A stretch of DNA of 64,000 nt from Methanobacteriota archaeon (GTDB taxonomy: Archaea; Thermoplasmatota; E2; JACPAO01; JAHWKR01), in the NCBI GenBank assembly GCA_019347805.1, contig JAHWKR010000002.1:2137-66136 (forward strand), written 5' to 3'. The position numbers were made by a program, and so were the translations under genes. Of the stretch, positions 51,556-62,271 are shown in pieces. The notes beneath the pieces are model-generated. The model searched no databases, was not told the DNA's origin, and worked only from the letters and a program-made list of their open reading frames with translations. Within the stretch, counting starts at the first letter, position 1, and each line of letters opens with the position of its first letter.

Positions 51556-53181
51556 TCAGTCTTTTTTTCTCCCACCGACCTCTTCCCGCACATAGCGGAT
51601 CATCCTGATGGGGTGGAAGAGGTCGTAGAACATGAGAAGGTCCTTCCGGGTCACTTCGCGCAGGAGGATGAGGATGCCGAGGTAGAGGATCGTCCCGAGG
51701 ATCCCGGCGGCGGCGAGCTCCCAGACGCGGTCGACGCTTCCGAGCACTGGCGTATAGAGGAGATGCAGGACACCTGCGGTGATGGCCGCCGCGGCGATAT
51801 GCTTGACGAGGAACATGCCGAAATGGGTCTCTCCGGTGAGGCGGCGGCTGTACCAGACAAGGAGGACGAGTGCGATGGTCTGCGCGGTGACCGTCGCGAG
51901 GGCAGCGCCTGCCGAGCGGAGACCCAGGAGCGGGACACCAAGGATCGATTCGGGTATGAAGACGAAATTGAGCGTGATGTTGGATACGACCGAGACGATG
52001 CCGATGGCGGCGATGGTCTTCGGCCGGTCGTGGCCAAGGATGAGACTGGATGCGATGGTCGTCGTCGACACGATGAACGTATAGATGGCAAGGAGACGGA
52101 GGGTCTCGGCGGCCGGCAGGAATGAATCGCTGAGGAAGATGTGGATCCCTTCTTCCGCGAACATCAGGATGAACATGGTCAAGAGCACGATCCCGAGGCT
52201 CAGCAAGCGTTGCGTCGAACGTGCGACGGTCCGCACGCCTTCGGTGTCCCCGGCACGTGAGAGTTGGCTGATCGTGGGGAAAAAGAGCGTCCGTACGGCC
52301 ACGGGCACGATGATGACCATGGTGGTGATACGGACCGCGGCATAGTAGTAACCGACCTCCCGCGCGTTCCAGAAATAACCGATCATGAAGGCGTCGAGAT
52401 GGTTCGCGATGAGATGCAGCGAAGAGACGACGGCGATGGGGATGGCGAACCGGGTGTAGCTGCGGGCGAGTGCCGGGTCATAGCCTCCGATCGGCATCCC
52501 ATGGTACCGGAACAGGGCGAACGCCGCGATGACACTGACAAGGAGCGCAACACCATGCGCCAAAGCGATGAGGAGCGCCCCGGTCTCGATGGTGACCGGT
52601 CCGACCACACCGAGCCTGCCCATGAGTCCCTCCACGATGTCACCGAAGGGCACCCACCTGCCGTTCAACAGGCCGTACGCGAGCGCGAAGATGATGAGAA
52701 GCGGTGTCTTCACGACGTGCTCGACGATGTTGAGGGTCTGGGTCCGGGCCGTCTGCCTGAGCGCGTCGAACGTCGCGGTCGGCACGAGCCGGACCTCGAG
52801 AAGGACCGCATAGGCCAACGTGACGAAGACCACCGATGCGGTGGTCGCGTCGAAGAACCCTTGGAACCGGTCCCACAGGATGACCGCGACCGAGACGCCG
52901 AGGACGAAGACGGTGATGAGGAGGGCCTTGATGCGCAGGTAGGTCCCGTTGCATCGGGCGAGGTCCTCGCCCTCCGACACGCGCTTGATGTGGGCGTTGT
53001 CGTAGCCGAGACGGGTGAGGAAGGCCCCGAGGCTGACGATGCTGAGCGAGAAGGCGAACATGCCGTATGGGGTAGGTCCCATATAGCGACCGATCACGAA
53101 CAGGGCGACCAGGCCGGCGAAGGCTCCGATTGTGTTCGTGACGAGGATGAGGAGGGACTTCCGGCTCAGCACCGTGCGCAC
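51556..53181 (-). CDS. Wzx/AglR-like oligosaccharide flippase
   Basis: 12-14 TMs; GRYMGPTPYG, DAFMIGYF, VGYYYAA, GAALAT. Confidence 0.85.
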   Translation of the reverse strand: MRTVLSRKSLLILVTNTIGAFAGLVALFVIGRYMGPTPYGMFAFSLSIVSLGAFLTRLGYDNAHIKRVSEGEDLARCNGTYLRIKALLITVFVLGVSVAVILWDRFQGFFDATTASVVFVTLAYAVLLEVRLVPTATFDALRQTARTQTLNIVEHVVKTPLLIIFALAYGLLNGRWVPFGDIVEGLMGRLGVVGPVTIETGALLIALAHGVALLVSVIAAFALFRYHGMPIGGYDPALARSYTRFAIPIAVVSSLHLIANHLDAFMIGYFWNAREVGYYYAAVRITTMVIIVPVAVRTLFFPTISQLSRAGDTEGVRTVARSTQRLLSLGIVLLTMFILMFAEEGIHIFLSDSFLPAAETLRLLAIYTFIVSTTTIASSLILGHDRPKTIAAIGIVSVVSNITLNFVFIPESILGVPLLGLRSAGAALATVTAQTIALVLLVWYSRRLTGETHFGMFLVKHIAAAAITAGVLHLLYTPVLGSVDRVWELAAAGILGTILYLGILILLREVTRKDLLMFYDLFHPIRMIRYVREEVGGRKKD

Positions 53182-53310
53182 CAGTCCGGGCCATCATTTA
53201 TATCTACCAGACTCCGGAGTGGTGGTCCGGAGCATGCGCCCACGCCTCGACACGATTAAGAACCTCTTGGGACTCGAACAGGTTCCGGGCCGACCGGCCA
53301 GGGATGCACA

Positions 53311-54471
53311 TTGACACGGCCCCGTGCGCTTTTCATGCAACCACGCCTCTGTTCGAGGGCATGGAAGGAGGCGAAAGCGCTCACGGAGGCTGGTGCCGAG
53401 GTGTCACTCATCGAACTCCGGGATCCTTCCCCCATCATGGACTATTCCATCTTCCGACGCCATGTCAACCTCCCCTTCGCCCCTGACCTTATCGCGATGG
53501 TCCGCGACCGATCGAAGATCCTCCGGGCGATCAAGAGCGAAGTGATGGCCTCCGGCTATGACGTCGTCCACACGCACAACGGCCCCGACTGCTTCGGCGC
53601 GTGGCTCCCCTCCGTCCTCGACGTGCCCGTCGTCCATGACATCCATGACATCGAGACCGCAGCCGAGACGGATTGGCCGAAGACCGCACGGTTCCACCGC
53701 CTGAAAGGCAAGACCATCGACTGGTTGAAGAGACGATGGGAACACAAGGCGAGCACCCGGACCGCGGGCGTTCTCACCACGTCCCCCGCCGCGGCACGCT
53801 TCATCCGCGACCGCCACGGCGGGCGCAACGTCTTCGCGCTCGAGAACAAGCCGTTCAAGGGCGACCACGACCTCAGACCGAAACTCAGTTCCCATGACGG
53901 CGAGACACATCTCGTCTATGCGGGGGGGATCACCGTGGCCAAGGGCAGCGAACGGGACCTCCTGCCCGTCTTCAAGCGGATGGCAGCGGACGGCCTCCAT
54001 GTCCATCTCTACCTGATGACCTACAATGAATCGATCCGCCAGGCGGTGGAAGAACAGACGGAGGACGACAGGCGGCTCCATCTCCACGCCCCTGTCCCCC
54101 AAGCGGGCTTCATCGAGGAGGTCAGCCAGTACGACTACGGCCTCATCTGGTTCACGGACATGAACGACAACATCCGGGTCACGACCCAGAACAAGCTCTA
54201 CGAGTTCCAGGTGGCCGGCGTGCCCATCATCACCAACCTGCAGGAAGGCTATACGGCGGAATACATCCAGAAAAAAGGCTGCGGCCTGGTGGTCAAGGGC
54301 GCCGAAGAGGTGCGCGACGCCATCGCCACGAGCGAGGGCTTCCGGCTCGACCCGAGCGATTGTTTCATGGACGGCCAGGACATCCTCGACATCTACGACA
54401 CCGTCCTCGGCCGCACCAGCTTAGACGGTGGACACCGGCCGCCGCTTGCCGTTGGGGGGACGACCGCATGA
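53311..54471 (+). CDS. Glycosyltransferase family 4
   Basis: DVVHTHN, VVHDIHD, LVYAGGI, NKLYEF...GVPII. Confidence 0.8.
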   Translation: MTRPRALFMQPRLCSRAWKEAKALTEAGAEVSLIELRDPSPIMDYSIFRRHVNLPFAPDLIAMVRDRSKILRAIKSEVMASGYDVVHTHNGPDCFGAWLPSVLDVPVVHDIHDIETAAETDWPKTARFHRLKGKTIDWLKRRWEHKASTRTAGVLTTSPAAARFIRDRHGGRNVFALENKPFKGDHDLRPKLSSHDGETHLVYAGGITVAKGSERDLLPVFKRMAADGLHVHLYLMTYNESIRQAVEEQTEDDRRLHLHAPVPQAGFIEEVSQYDYGLIWFTDMNDNIRVTTQNKLYEFQVAGVPIITNLQEGYTAEYIQKKGCGLVVKGAEEVRDAIATSEGFRLDPSDCFMDGQDILDIYDTVLGRTSLDGGHRPPLAVGGTTA

Positions 54472-55100
54472 CCGAAGGACGATGGCGGGTCGAGTTTCCC
54501 CCCGTCACGGATGAGGAGACGGCGCGTATCCTGTCGTCGGAGCAGCGGACCGGACGTAAACTCAACCTGGGCTGTGGCCGCGACATCCGGCCCAAGGAGG
54601 AAGGCTGGACCAACCTCGACCTTGTGGGCCTGCCGGGTGTCGATGTCGTCCACGACATCTTCGACCTCCCGTATCCTTTCGATGACGCGGCCTTCGACCA
54701 CATCCTCGCCAGTCACGTCCTGGAGCACATCCCGGACCGCCTCGGTGACGAAGACGGCCTCCTGCGCGTCATGGACGAACTCCACCGCATCCTCGCGCCC
54801 GGTGGCGTCCTCCACGTCAAGGTGCCCCACTACCGGCTCGAGCCGGAGGTCTATTTCTCCAACCCGACGCATTACCGCCTGATCTCACCCCTCACGTTCG
54901 CCGGTTATCTGGGCATCGACGGCACCTGCATCCAGTACCACACCGCCGCCCGCTTCCGACACATGGTCACCCGCGAGAACCGGAAGACGCGGCTCTTCGG
55001 TGACCGCATCAACTCCTGGCACCTCAAGAAGTACCTTGGGATGGAGAACCTGCCCGGCCTGTCGAAGCCCTACGAACTCGAGATCTTCTTGGAGAAGTGA
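54468..55100 (+). CDS. SAM-dependent methyltransferase (glycan-cluster type)
   Basis: LNLGCG, SHVLEH, ELHRILAPGG, VPH, NPTH; ATGA overlap with the upstream gene. Confidence 0.85.
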   Translation: MTEGRWRVEFPPVTDEETARILSSEQRTGRKLNLGCGRDIRPKEEGWTNLDLVGLPGVDVVHDIFDLPYPFDDAAFDHILASHVLEHIPDRLGDEDGLLRVMDELHRILAPGGVLHVKVPHYRLEPEVYFSNPTHYRLISPLTFAGYLGIDGTCIQYHTAARFRHMVTRENRKTRLFGDRINSWHLKKYLGMENLPGLSKPYELEIFLEK

Positions 55101-55162
55101 GCCGGCCCCACCCCGGACCTTAAATGCGGGGCCAAGCTCGCCCCCGTCCACGGAGCCAGTCG

Positions 55163-56284
55163 ATGAAGGTCGCAGTCGTCCTCGGCACCCGCCCCGAGAT
55201 CATCAAGATGGCCCCCGTCATCAAGGCGCTCGACGCGCGCGGCGTGACACCTATTCTCATCCACACCGGCCAGCACTACTCGTACGAGATGGACCGGCTC
55301 TTCTTCGAAGACCTGGCGCTCCCCGAAGCCGACCACAACCTGGAGGTCGGTTCCGGACGACAAGGCGAGCAGACCGGCCGCATGCTCGCGCGGATCGAGA
55401 CGACCCTCCTCGACGAGGCCCCGGACGCCGTTCTTGTCCAAGGCGACACGAACACGGTGCTCGCCGGCGCCCTCGCGGCCGCCAAGCTCCTCATCCCCAT
55501 CGGACACGTTGAGGCGGGTCTCCGCAGCTTCGACCGCACGATGCCGGAGGAGCTCAACCGGATCCTCGCGGACCACCTTTCCACCTGGCTCTTCGCTCCG
55601 ACGCCTCGCGCGGCTGCACAACTGGCCCAAGAAGGTATCCCCGACCGCCGGGTATCGGTGACCGGGAACACCATCGTCGACGCCGTCCACTACGCGGCTG
55701 AACGCGCCGCGACGAAGAGCGCCGTCCTGGGGCGCCTCGGGCTCACGGGCGATGGTTACCTCCTGCTCACCGCGCACCGGCAGGAGAACGTCGACGACCG
55801 CCACAGGTTCGCCGGCATCCTGAAGGGGGCGGCGCAGGTCGGCGATGCACTCGGACACGAGGTCGTGTACCCGATCCACCCGCGGGCGCGCAAGATGCTC
55901 GAAGGGTTCGGACTCGATACGTCCTCCTTGCGCCTCATCGAGCCGGTCGGCTTTCTCGACTTCCTCGAACTGGAACGGAACGCGCGGCTCGTGCTCACCG
56001 ATTCCGGAGGCGTCCAGGAAGAGAGCTGCATCCTCGGGGTCCCCTGCGTCACGCTCCGCGACAACACCGAACGCCCCGAGACGGTCGACGTCGGTGGCAA
56101 CGTCCTCGCAGGCACCGACCCGGAGCGGATCGTCCGAGCGGCCAAGAGGATGTCAGCTGTCATACGCGGATGGGACAACCCCTTCGGCGACGGGCACGCT
56201 TCGGAGCGCATCGCCCGCGCGGTCATGACGGGTCCACCGGATACGGCACCAGAAGGGAAGCTCGCTGCGGAGGGGACGACTTGA
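55163..56284 (+). CDS. wecB: UDP-N-acetylglucosamine 2-epimerase (non-hydrolysing)
   Basis: GTRPEIIK, HTGQHY, QGDTNT, HVEAGLRS, MPEELNR, TDSGGVQEE, TERPE. Confidence 0.93.
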   Translation: MKVAVVLGTRPEIIKMAPVIKALDARGVTPILIHTGQHYSYEMDRLFFEDLALPEADHNLEVGSGRQGEQTGRMLARIETTLLDEAPDAVLVQGDTNTVLAGALAAAKLLIPIGHVEAGLRSFDRTMPEELNRILADHLSTWLFAPTPRAAAQLAQEGIPDRRVSVTGNTIVDAVHYAAERAATKSAVLGRLGLTGDGYLLLTAHRQENVDDRHRFAGILKGAAQVGDALGHEVVYPIHPRARKMLEGFGLDTSSLRLIEPVGFLDFLELERNARLVLTDSGGVQEESCILGVPCVTLRDNTERPETVDVGGNVLAGTDPERIVRAAKRMSAVIRGWDNPFGDGHASERIARAVMTGPPDTAPEGKLAAEGTT

Positions 56285-57573
56285 AGGAACGGGCCGAGAA
56301 CGGCATGTTGAGAGAAGGGGGGACGAGCGGGCGGAGGATCACCGTCGTCGGGCTCGGCTATATCGGCCTCCCCACCGCTGCCATGCTGGCCACACATGGC
56401 CATACGGTCTACGGCTTCGACACGAACCCACGCGTCATCGAACACCTCGAGAAAGGCAAGGTGCATATCGAGGAGCCGGGGCTCCTGGCGTTCGTCCGAG
56501 ACGCGCTCCACAGTGGGCGTTTCGTCCCTGTACGGGAAGTGCGACCGGCGGACGTCTACATCCTCTGCGTCCCTACTCCGTATGATGAGAAGGCGAAGCG
56601 TGCCGACCTCTCCTACATCACGAAGGCCGCGGAGGCGATCGTGCCCCACGTCAAAAAAGGCGACCTGGTGATCCTGGAGTCCACGGTCCCTGCCGGGACG
56701 ACGGCCGACCATCTGGGTCCGATCCTGGCGCGCTCCGGATTGGACCCGCTTCGTGACCTGGATCTTGCGCACTGTCCGGAGACCGTCCTGCCCGGGAACA
56801 TGATCAGCGAGCTCACGTCCAACGCCCGTGTCATCGGTGGTCTGACGCCGAATGCGACCCATGCGGCCGAGATGCTCTACCGATCGTTCGTGCGCGGCAC
56901 CCTGGTGACGACCGACGCGACGACCGCCGAATTCGTGAAGCTCATCCAGAACACCTATCGCGACGTCAATATCGCGCTCGCGAACGAGATCGGGATGGTC
57001 GCGGGCCAGAAAGGGATCGACGTCCGTGAGGCGATCCGCATCGCCAACCTGCACCCTCGGGTCGACCTGCATGCCCCGGGTCCAGGCGTCGGTGGACATT
57101 GCATCCCGATCGACCCCTGGTTCCTGGTCCAGGACACGCCTGATGCACGGCTCGTCCGGGTCTCCCGGGAGATCAACGACGGCATGCCGCACCGGGTCGT
57201 GGACAAGGTGCGGTCTCTGGTGAAGGATGTCGAGGCCCCGCGCATCGCGCTCTTGGGTCTTGCCTACAAAGCGGACGTCGACGATGTGCGCGAAAGCCCT
57301 GCCGTTCCGATCCTGGAACGACTGAAGGAGCATTTCGACGACGTGCGGGTCCATGATCCACATGTGAAGGATCCGAATTTCGACACCGTCCCGCTCAAGG
57401 TCGCGCTCGACGGCGCGGATTGCACGGTGATCGTGACCGGCCACTGGGAGTACTCGGCTCTCGACCCGCACAAGACCCGATCGGTGGTGCGGACGCCGAT
57501 CGTGTTCGACACGCGTGGGATCGTCTCCCGTCCCGAATGGGAAGAAGCAGGGTTCACCTTCGGCACATTGTGA
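56281..57573 (+). CDS. wecC: UDP-N-acetyl-hexosamine dehydrogenase (WecC/WbpA family)
   Basis: VVGLGYIGLP, CVPTP, ESTVPAGTT, NTYRDVNIA, PGPGVGGHCIP, GLAYKADVDDVRESP. Start is TTG 56281 or ATG 56305. Confidence 0.9.
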   Translation: MKERAENGMLREGGTSGRRITVVGLGYIGLPTAAMLATHGHTVYGFDTNPRVIEHLEKGKVHIEEPGLLAFVRDALHSGRFVPVREVRPADVYILCVPTPYDEKAKRADLSYITKAAEAIVPHVKKGDLVILESTVPAGTTADHLGPILARSGLDPLRDLDLAHCPETVLPGNMISELTSNARVIGGLTPNATHAAEMLYRSFVRGTLVTTDATTAEFVKLIQNTYRDVNIALANEIGMVAGQKGIDVREAIRIANLHPRVDLHAPGPGVGGHCIPIDPWFLVQDTPDARLVRVSREINDGMPHRVVDKVRSLVKDVEAPRIALLGLAYKADVDDVRESPAVPILERLKEHFDDVRVHDPHVKDPNFDTVPLKVALDGADCTVIVTGHWEYSALDPHKTRSVVRTPIVFDTRGIVSRPEWEEAGFTFGTL

Positions 57574-57729
57574 GTCTGGGTCGTCGGAGCCTGTCGAGAC
57601 ACGGTCAGGACGAAGCGTCTGGAACAGATGATCGCCGGTCTTCGGGGCCGTCTCGATGGGCCCCTTCGACAGTTTCAATAGAGCACCGGCTCTCGGACCG
57701 ACCCCTGTGAGGGGACCCGGAGCCGACCC

Positions 57730-58857
57730 ATGCGCATCCTGATGCTCCTGTCGAAATCCTATCGCGAGGACGCGCGCGTCCGCAAGGAGGCGGAGGCGCT
57801 CGTCGCGGCAGGCCATTCGGTCGTCGTGGTGGAGTGGGCGCGTCATGCCCCCGAGGCGCCGGCCACCGAAGAGGTCGGTGACGTCACGGTGGTGCGCCAT
57901 CACGAACGCGGTCTGGCACGGCTCGTCCCCGGCATGGTCTTGCGCAACCCGTTCTGGTGGCGTGCGGCGGCGCGCATCGGCACCCAACTCCACAAAGGAC
58001 GACCGTTCGATGTCGTCCATTGCCATGACCTCGATACCTTGCCGGCAGGGGTGCGCCTCAAGCGTCGCCTCGGCGTCCGATTGGTCTTCGACGCGCACGA
58101 GATCTTCAGTGTCATGGTGCGCTCGGACCGGGGGCGGCTCGTCTCTGCCGCCGCAGACCGGCTCGAATCGAGGCTGCTTCCGCAGGTCGACCACCTGGTC
58201 ACGGTGAACGAGGCTCTTGCCGAACGTTATGAGGCGCGTGTCACCGCACCGGTCACGGTCGTCATGAACTGCCCGGACCTTGCCACGCCAGCCGGTCCGC
58301 CGTCGGAGGGTCTCTTCACCGTGGTGTATGTCGGGCTCTTGCATCCTTCCCGCTTCTTCCCGGAGGCGGTGCACGCGCTCGGCTCGATGGATGGCGTCCG
58401 ATTCCATATCGCAGGCAAGAGGGAAGGAAACTGGCGTGAGGTCGAACAGGCCGCGAACGACTATCCGGAAGTGCGGTTCCTGGGGGCGATCCCTTCGACG
58501 GACGTCCTTGAGAGAATGGCCCGGGGTCACGCCGTGTTGTGCATGCTCGACCCGTCGGACCCGCAATACCAGGTGGCGACCGCCACCAAGGCGCTCGATG
58601 CCATGGCCGTCGCGCGTCCCTGCATCGCGACCCGTGGCACCTACACCGGTCGCCTTGTCGAAGAGGAGGGGACGGGTGTGACGGTCGCCTATGATGCCAC
58701 GTCCTTGCAAGCTGCGGTGGCGGCACTCCGAGACGACCCGGAAGCGGCGGCGCGACTCGGCGCCGAGGGCCGCAAAAAGGCCGAGAAGACCTACAATTGG
58801 GCCAGCCAGGCCGAGCGGCTCGTTCGGCTCTATCGCTCGATGGAGGAGGAAACGTGA
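57730..58857 (+). CDS. Glycosyltransferase family 4
   Basis: DARVRKEA, VHCHDLDTL, VFDAHE, YNW. Confidence 0.88.
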   Translation: MRILMLLSKSYREDARVRKEAEALVAAGHSVVVVEWARHAPEAPATEEVGDVTVVRHHERGLARLVPGMVLRNPFWWRAAARIGTQLHKGRPFDVVHCHDLDTLPAGVRLKRRLGVRLVFDAHEIFSVMVRSDRGRLVSAAADRLESRLLPQVDHLVTVNEALAERYEARVTAPVTVVMNCPDLATPAGPPSEGLFTVVYVGLLHPSRFFPEAVHALGSMDGVRFHIAGKREGNWREVEQAANDYPEVRFLGAIPSTDVLERMARGHAVLCMLDPSDPQYQVATATKALDAMAVARPCIATRGTYTGRLVEEEGTGVTVAYDATSLQAAVAALRDDPEAAARLGAEGRKKAEKTYNWASQAERLVRLYRSMEEET

Positions 58858-59993
58858 CCGGGCGGCACATCCTGATGCTGCTCTCGAACGCCTATTCCGA
58901 CGACCCGCGGGTGCGCAACGAGGTGCGCAGCCTGGTGGACCATGGCCATCGGGTCACGGTCGTCGCCTGGGACCGGGGTGCGACCGCACCGATGGAAGAG
59001 ACGCTGGACAGCGCGCACATCGTACGGGTCCGGCACACGGCGTGGATGCGATCGCTGCGTCTCGACCTTTTGCGCTTGCATGGCTGGTGGCGGCTCGCGG
59101 TCCGCACGGCCGAGCGGATCCATCATGCCGACCCGGTGGACGCGGTGCACGCCCATGACCTCGATACCTTGCCGGCCGGGGTCCGTCTGAAGCGGTCGCT
59201 CGGCCTCCCGCTCGTCTATGATGCGCACGAGATCTGGGGCCACATGCTCTCGCGTGACGTGCCGTGGCCGGTGCCGTCATGGTTCCATCGCAAAGAACGA
59301 CGCCTGGTGCGCGCGGTCGACCGCATCATCACGGTCAACCAGGTCCTTGTCGACCACTTCACCGACATGGGTGCGAAAGCGCCGATCGTGCTCGTCCAGA
59401 ACGCCCGGAAGGTGGCCGTTGAAAAATATACGCCCCCGCCGGGTCCGGGGTTCACGGTCCTCTATGTCGGCCGCTTGAACGCGGCGCGGTTCATCCTCCC
59501 CGCGATCGAGGCGCTCTCGGAGCTGCCACGCGTCCGGTTGCGGATCGGCGGCATCGGCAAGCCGGACTATGTCGCACGGGTCGAAGCGGCCGCCGCCCGA
59601 GCGCCGAACGTCGAGTTCCAGGGCCGGGTCCCGAACCCCGAGGTGGTCCCGATGACCTTGGCCGCCGATGTGGTGCTCCACATGCTCGACCCCTCAGATC
59701 GCAACAACCGCATCGCGACCGGCAACAAGCTGTTCGAGGCGATGGCGACCGGCCGCCCGATCATCACCACGGAGGGGACGAGCGACGGCGAGACGACACG
59801 GCGCGAAGGCACCGGTCTCGTGGTGCCGTTCGACAAGGGCGCCCTGCGCGATGCGGTGGTGCGTCTTCAGGGTGACCCTGACCTCGCCCGGGACCTCGGG
59901 CGGAAAGCGCTCGAGGCGGCAAAGCGGGAATACAACTGGGATGTTCAAGAGGAGCGGCTCGTCGCGATGTACCGCGGGTTGCTCAAGGATTAG
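58854..59993 (+). CDS. Glycosyltransferase family 4, paralog of 57730-58857
   Basis: DPRVRNE, VHAHDLDTL, VYDAHE, NKLFEAMA; GTGA overlap. Confidence 0.88.
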   Translation: MTGRHILMLLSNAYSDDPRVRNEVRSLVDHGHRVTVVAWDRGATAPMEETLDSAHIVRVRHTAWMRSLRLDLLRLHGWWRLAVRTAERIHHADPVDAVHAHDLDTLPAGVRLKRSLGLPLVYDAHEIWGHMLSRDVPWPVPSWFHRKERRLVRAVDRIITVNQVLVDHFTDMGAKAPIVLVQNARKVAVEKYTPPPGPGFTVLYVGRLNAARFILPAIEALSELPRVRLRIGGIGKPDYVARVEAAAARAPNVEFQGRVPNPEVVPMTLAADVVLHMLDPSDRNNRIATGNKLFEAMATGRPIITTEGTSDGETTRREGTGLVVPFDKGALRDAVVRLQGDPDLARDLGRKALEAAKREYNWDVQEERLVAMYRGLLKD

Positions 59994-62053
59994 AGGGGAT
60001 GGGACGGGGGCATCCGGCCGATGTCGTCAAAGATACCGGATACGGTCGCGAACGGGGCGGGCAATTCGTCGGGGACGGGAACGGTTTGCGGCGCCTCGAC
60101 CGGTACGACGACCGGTCTCGTCTCGTCGGTGTAGGAGACGTCGAACTCGATGGTCCATTGCACCAGGTTGATCCATCGCCATACGGCCCAGGTGTAGGGC
60201 CGCTTGCCGCTCTTGATCTCGTCCCACTGGCGTTTCATGATGTCCCTGCGAAGGAACGGGACGCGCTTCGCGGCGTCAGAGTCGAGGAGGTCGCCGAGGT
60301 AGATCTCGAGGGCCTGGATCCACTCTTTCTCCGTTGTGGCGAAGCCGATCTTGTCCTTGCGGTCGAGCACCGCGTCGGGGACCAGGCCGCGCATGGCGTC
60401 ACGGAAGACACGCTTTGTGGTGCCGTCGGGGCCGATATGGTAGGATTCGGGCAATGATAGAAGATAAGAGACGAAACCGGGTGTCAGGAAAGGGACACGA
60501 GATTCGACGGAGAACGCCATCGAGTTGCGGTCGGCGTAGCGGAGAAGGATGGGAAGGCTGGTCTTGGTGGCGGTGCGCGCGAGGTCGCGAGCGAGCGCAC
60601 GGCGGGCGGTCTTGCGGTCGAGTTCAGGGCGGGCGCCGCGTTTCTTGAACCACTCGGTGTCGATCCAGTCGGGCCGCAGGTGGCGGCCGGCGAGGCCCAG
60701 GCGGACGAGCGTGCGGGCCATTTTTCGCGGGATGAAGCGCTCCATCGTTTCCACCGCGAGCGCCTTGGGGTCGACCCCGGGCATGCGCGCCATTCTACGA
60801 TAGAGACGGGCGGCGGCGAAGATCCGTCCGGAAGAGACGAGGCTGGCGAGTCGTGCCGGATAGTAGTAGCGATATCCGGCGAGCACCTCGTCCGCGCCCT
60901 GTCCGTCCAAGGTGACCTTGATACCCGCCTCGTTGGCGGCGCGGAACACGCAGTATTGGGCGTAGATGGAGGTGCTGCCGAACGGTTCACCCTGTTTTCG
61001 GATCAGACGGGGGAGGTCTTCGAGGAACGTGAGAACGTCAGGACGGACCTTGTGCGGGGTGGCGCCGGCTTCCTTGGTGACAAGGTCGATCCAGCTCTCT
61101 TCGCTCAGCTTCGGGTCGTCGGCGATGTAGCTGAACGTGTGGATTCTCTGTTCGGGTCCACCCAGGTGGCGCATGGCCATGACGATGGCGGACGAGTCGA
61201 TGCCGCCGGAGAGCGCGGCGCCGACGGGGACGTCGCTCCGAAGGTGCAGGCGGACGTTCTTGAGGAACATCTCGCGGACGGTCCGGACGGCTTCGTCGTA
61301 GGGGACATCGGTGCGGTTTCGCGGGTCCACTTGCCAGTAACAGACCGGCGGTGTGGGTCGGGGGTCGTCGAGGTCGAGGCGCATCCAGTGTGCGGGCGGG
61401 ACCTGGCGGACGTGCGAAAAGAGCGTCTCGGTGCCGTCGGTGGGTCCCCCGGCGGCGGTCGTGAGGTAGTGGTGGACGCGTTCGATGTCGGCGCTCCGCG
61501 GCACCCAGGAGAGGTCGAGGAGAGTCGCGATCTCGGAGGCGAAAGCCAACCCTTCCGGACCGTGGGCATAGAAGAGCGGTTTGATGCCGAACGGGTCGCG
61601 GGCGAAGAACAGGCTCCGCTCCTCGCGGTCGAGGATCACGAAGGCGAACATGCCGACGAGCCGACCGAGCGCCTTCTCCCCCCATTGGACATAGGCGGCA
61701 AGGAGCACTTCCGTGTCCGAGTCGCTATGGAACGTGTGCCCGAGGCCCTCCAGTTCCGCCCGGAGTTCGATGAAGTTGTAGATCTCGCCGTTGAAGACGA
61801 TGTGGTGTCGGCCGTCCGGGCTGGCCATGGGTTGACGACCCGCAGGACTCAGGTCGAGGATGGAGAGGCGCTGGTGGATGAACACCGGGGCCGTGATGAA
61901 GGCGTCATCAGGGAGGCCGTCGACCGGCCCGCCTGCGGGGAAGGTCGTGATGCCATGGTCATCAGGACCACGATGCTCGAGGCTCTTGGCCATCGTGAGC
62001 ACCGCCTCACGGCTCTGGTGGACGCGGGGGATCAAGCCGGCGATGCCGCACAT
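59990..62053 (-). CDS. asnB: Asparagine synthase-like glutamine amidotransferase (glycan amidation type)
   Basis: MCGIAG, HRGPDD, RLSILDL, FNGEIYN, SDTEV, LSGGIDSS, GQGADE, DRNSMA, ESRVPFL. Confidence 0.92.
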   Translation of the reverse strand: MCGIAGLIPRVHQSREAVLTMAKSLEHRGPDDHGITTFPAGGPVDGLPDDAFITAPVFIHQRLSILDLSPAGRQPMASPDGRHHIVFNGEIYNFIELRAELEGLGHTFHSDSDTEVLLAAYVQWGEKALGRLVGMFAFVILDREERSLFFARDPFGIKPLFYAHGPEGLAFASEIATLLDLSWVPRSADIERVHHYLTTAAGGPTDGTETLFSHVRQVPPAHWMRLDLDDPRPTPPVCYWQVDPRNRTDVPYDEAVRTVREMFLKNVRLHLRSDVPVGAALSGGIDSSAIVMAMRHLGGPEQRIHTFSYIADDPKLSEESWIDLVTKEAGATPHKVRPDVLTFLEDLPRLIRKQGEPFGSTSIYAQYCVFRAANEAGIKVTLDGQGADEVLAGYRYYYPARLASLVSSGRIFAAARLYRRMARMPGVDPKALAVETMERFIPRKMARTLVRLGLAGRHLRPDWIDTEWFKKRGARPELDRKTARRALARDLARTATKTSLPILLRYADRNSMAFSVESRVPFLTPGFVSYLLSLPESYHIGPDGTTKRVFRDAMRGLVPDAVLDRKDKIGFATTEKEWIQALEIYLGDLLDSDAAKRVPFLRRDIMKRQWDEIKSGKRPYTWAVWRWINLVQWTIEFDVSYTDETRPVVVPVEAPQTVPVPDELPAPFATVSGIFDDIGRMPPSHPL

Positions 62054-62271
62054 GTGGGTTCTCTCGTACCTCGCTCCGCGGCCACCGATGCCGAAGGATG
62101 GCGGGCCTGAGACGGATTTGTCCCTTTGGCATGTAAATGCATCTGTCGGGACCTCTTTTTCCCCTGACCGGCGGTCTTTCTGTCTCTCCTGCCGCGTAGG
62201 GGGTCGCTCTATCCCGCAGCTCCGGCCGCACGTCCCTCCTTTCTTAAACCGCGGTCCCTTCGGGCCGAGCC

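Noticed and set aside
55756-58710. Very long antisense ORFs (984 aa here; also 15953-18355, 37391-39526, 34604-36469, 42613-44472)
   Set aside because: Shadow frames of well-supported genes, expected with high GC3; low-complexity translations with no motifs.
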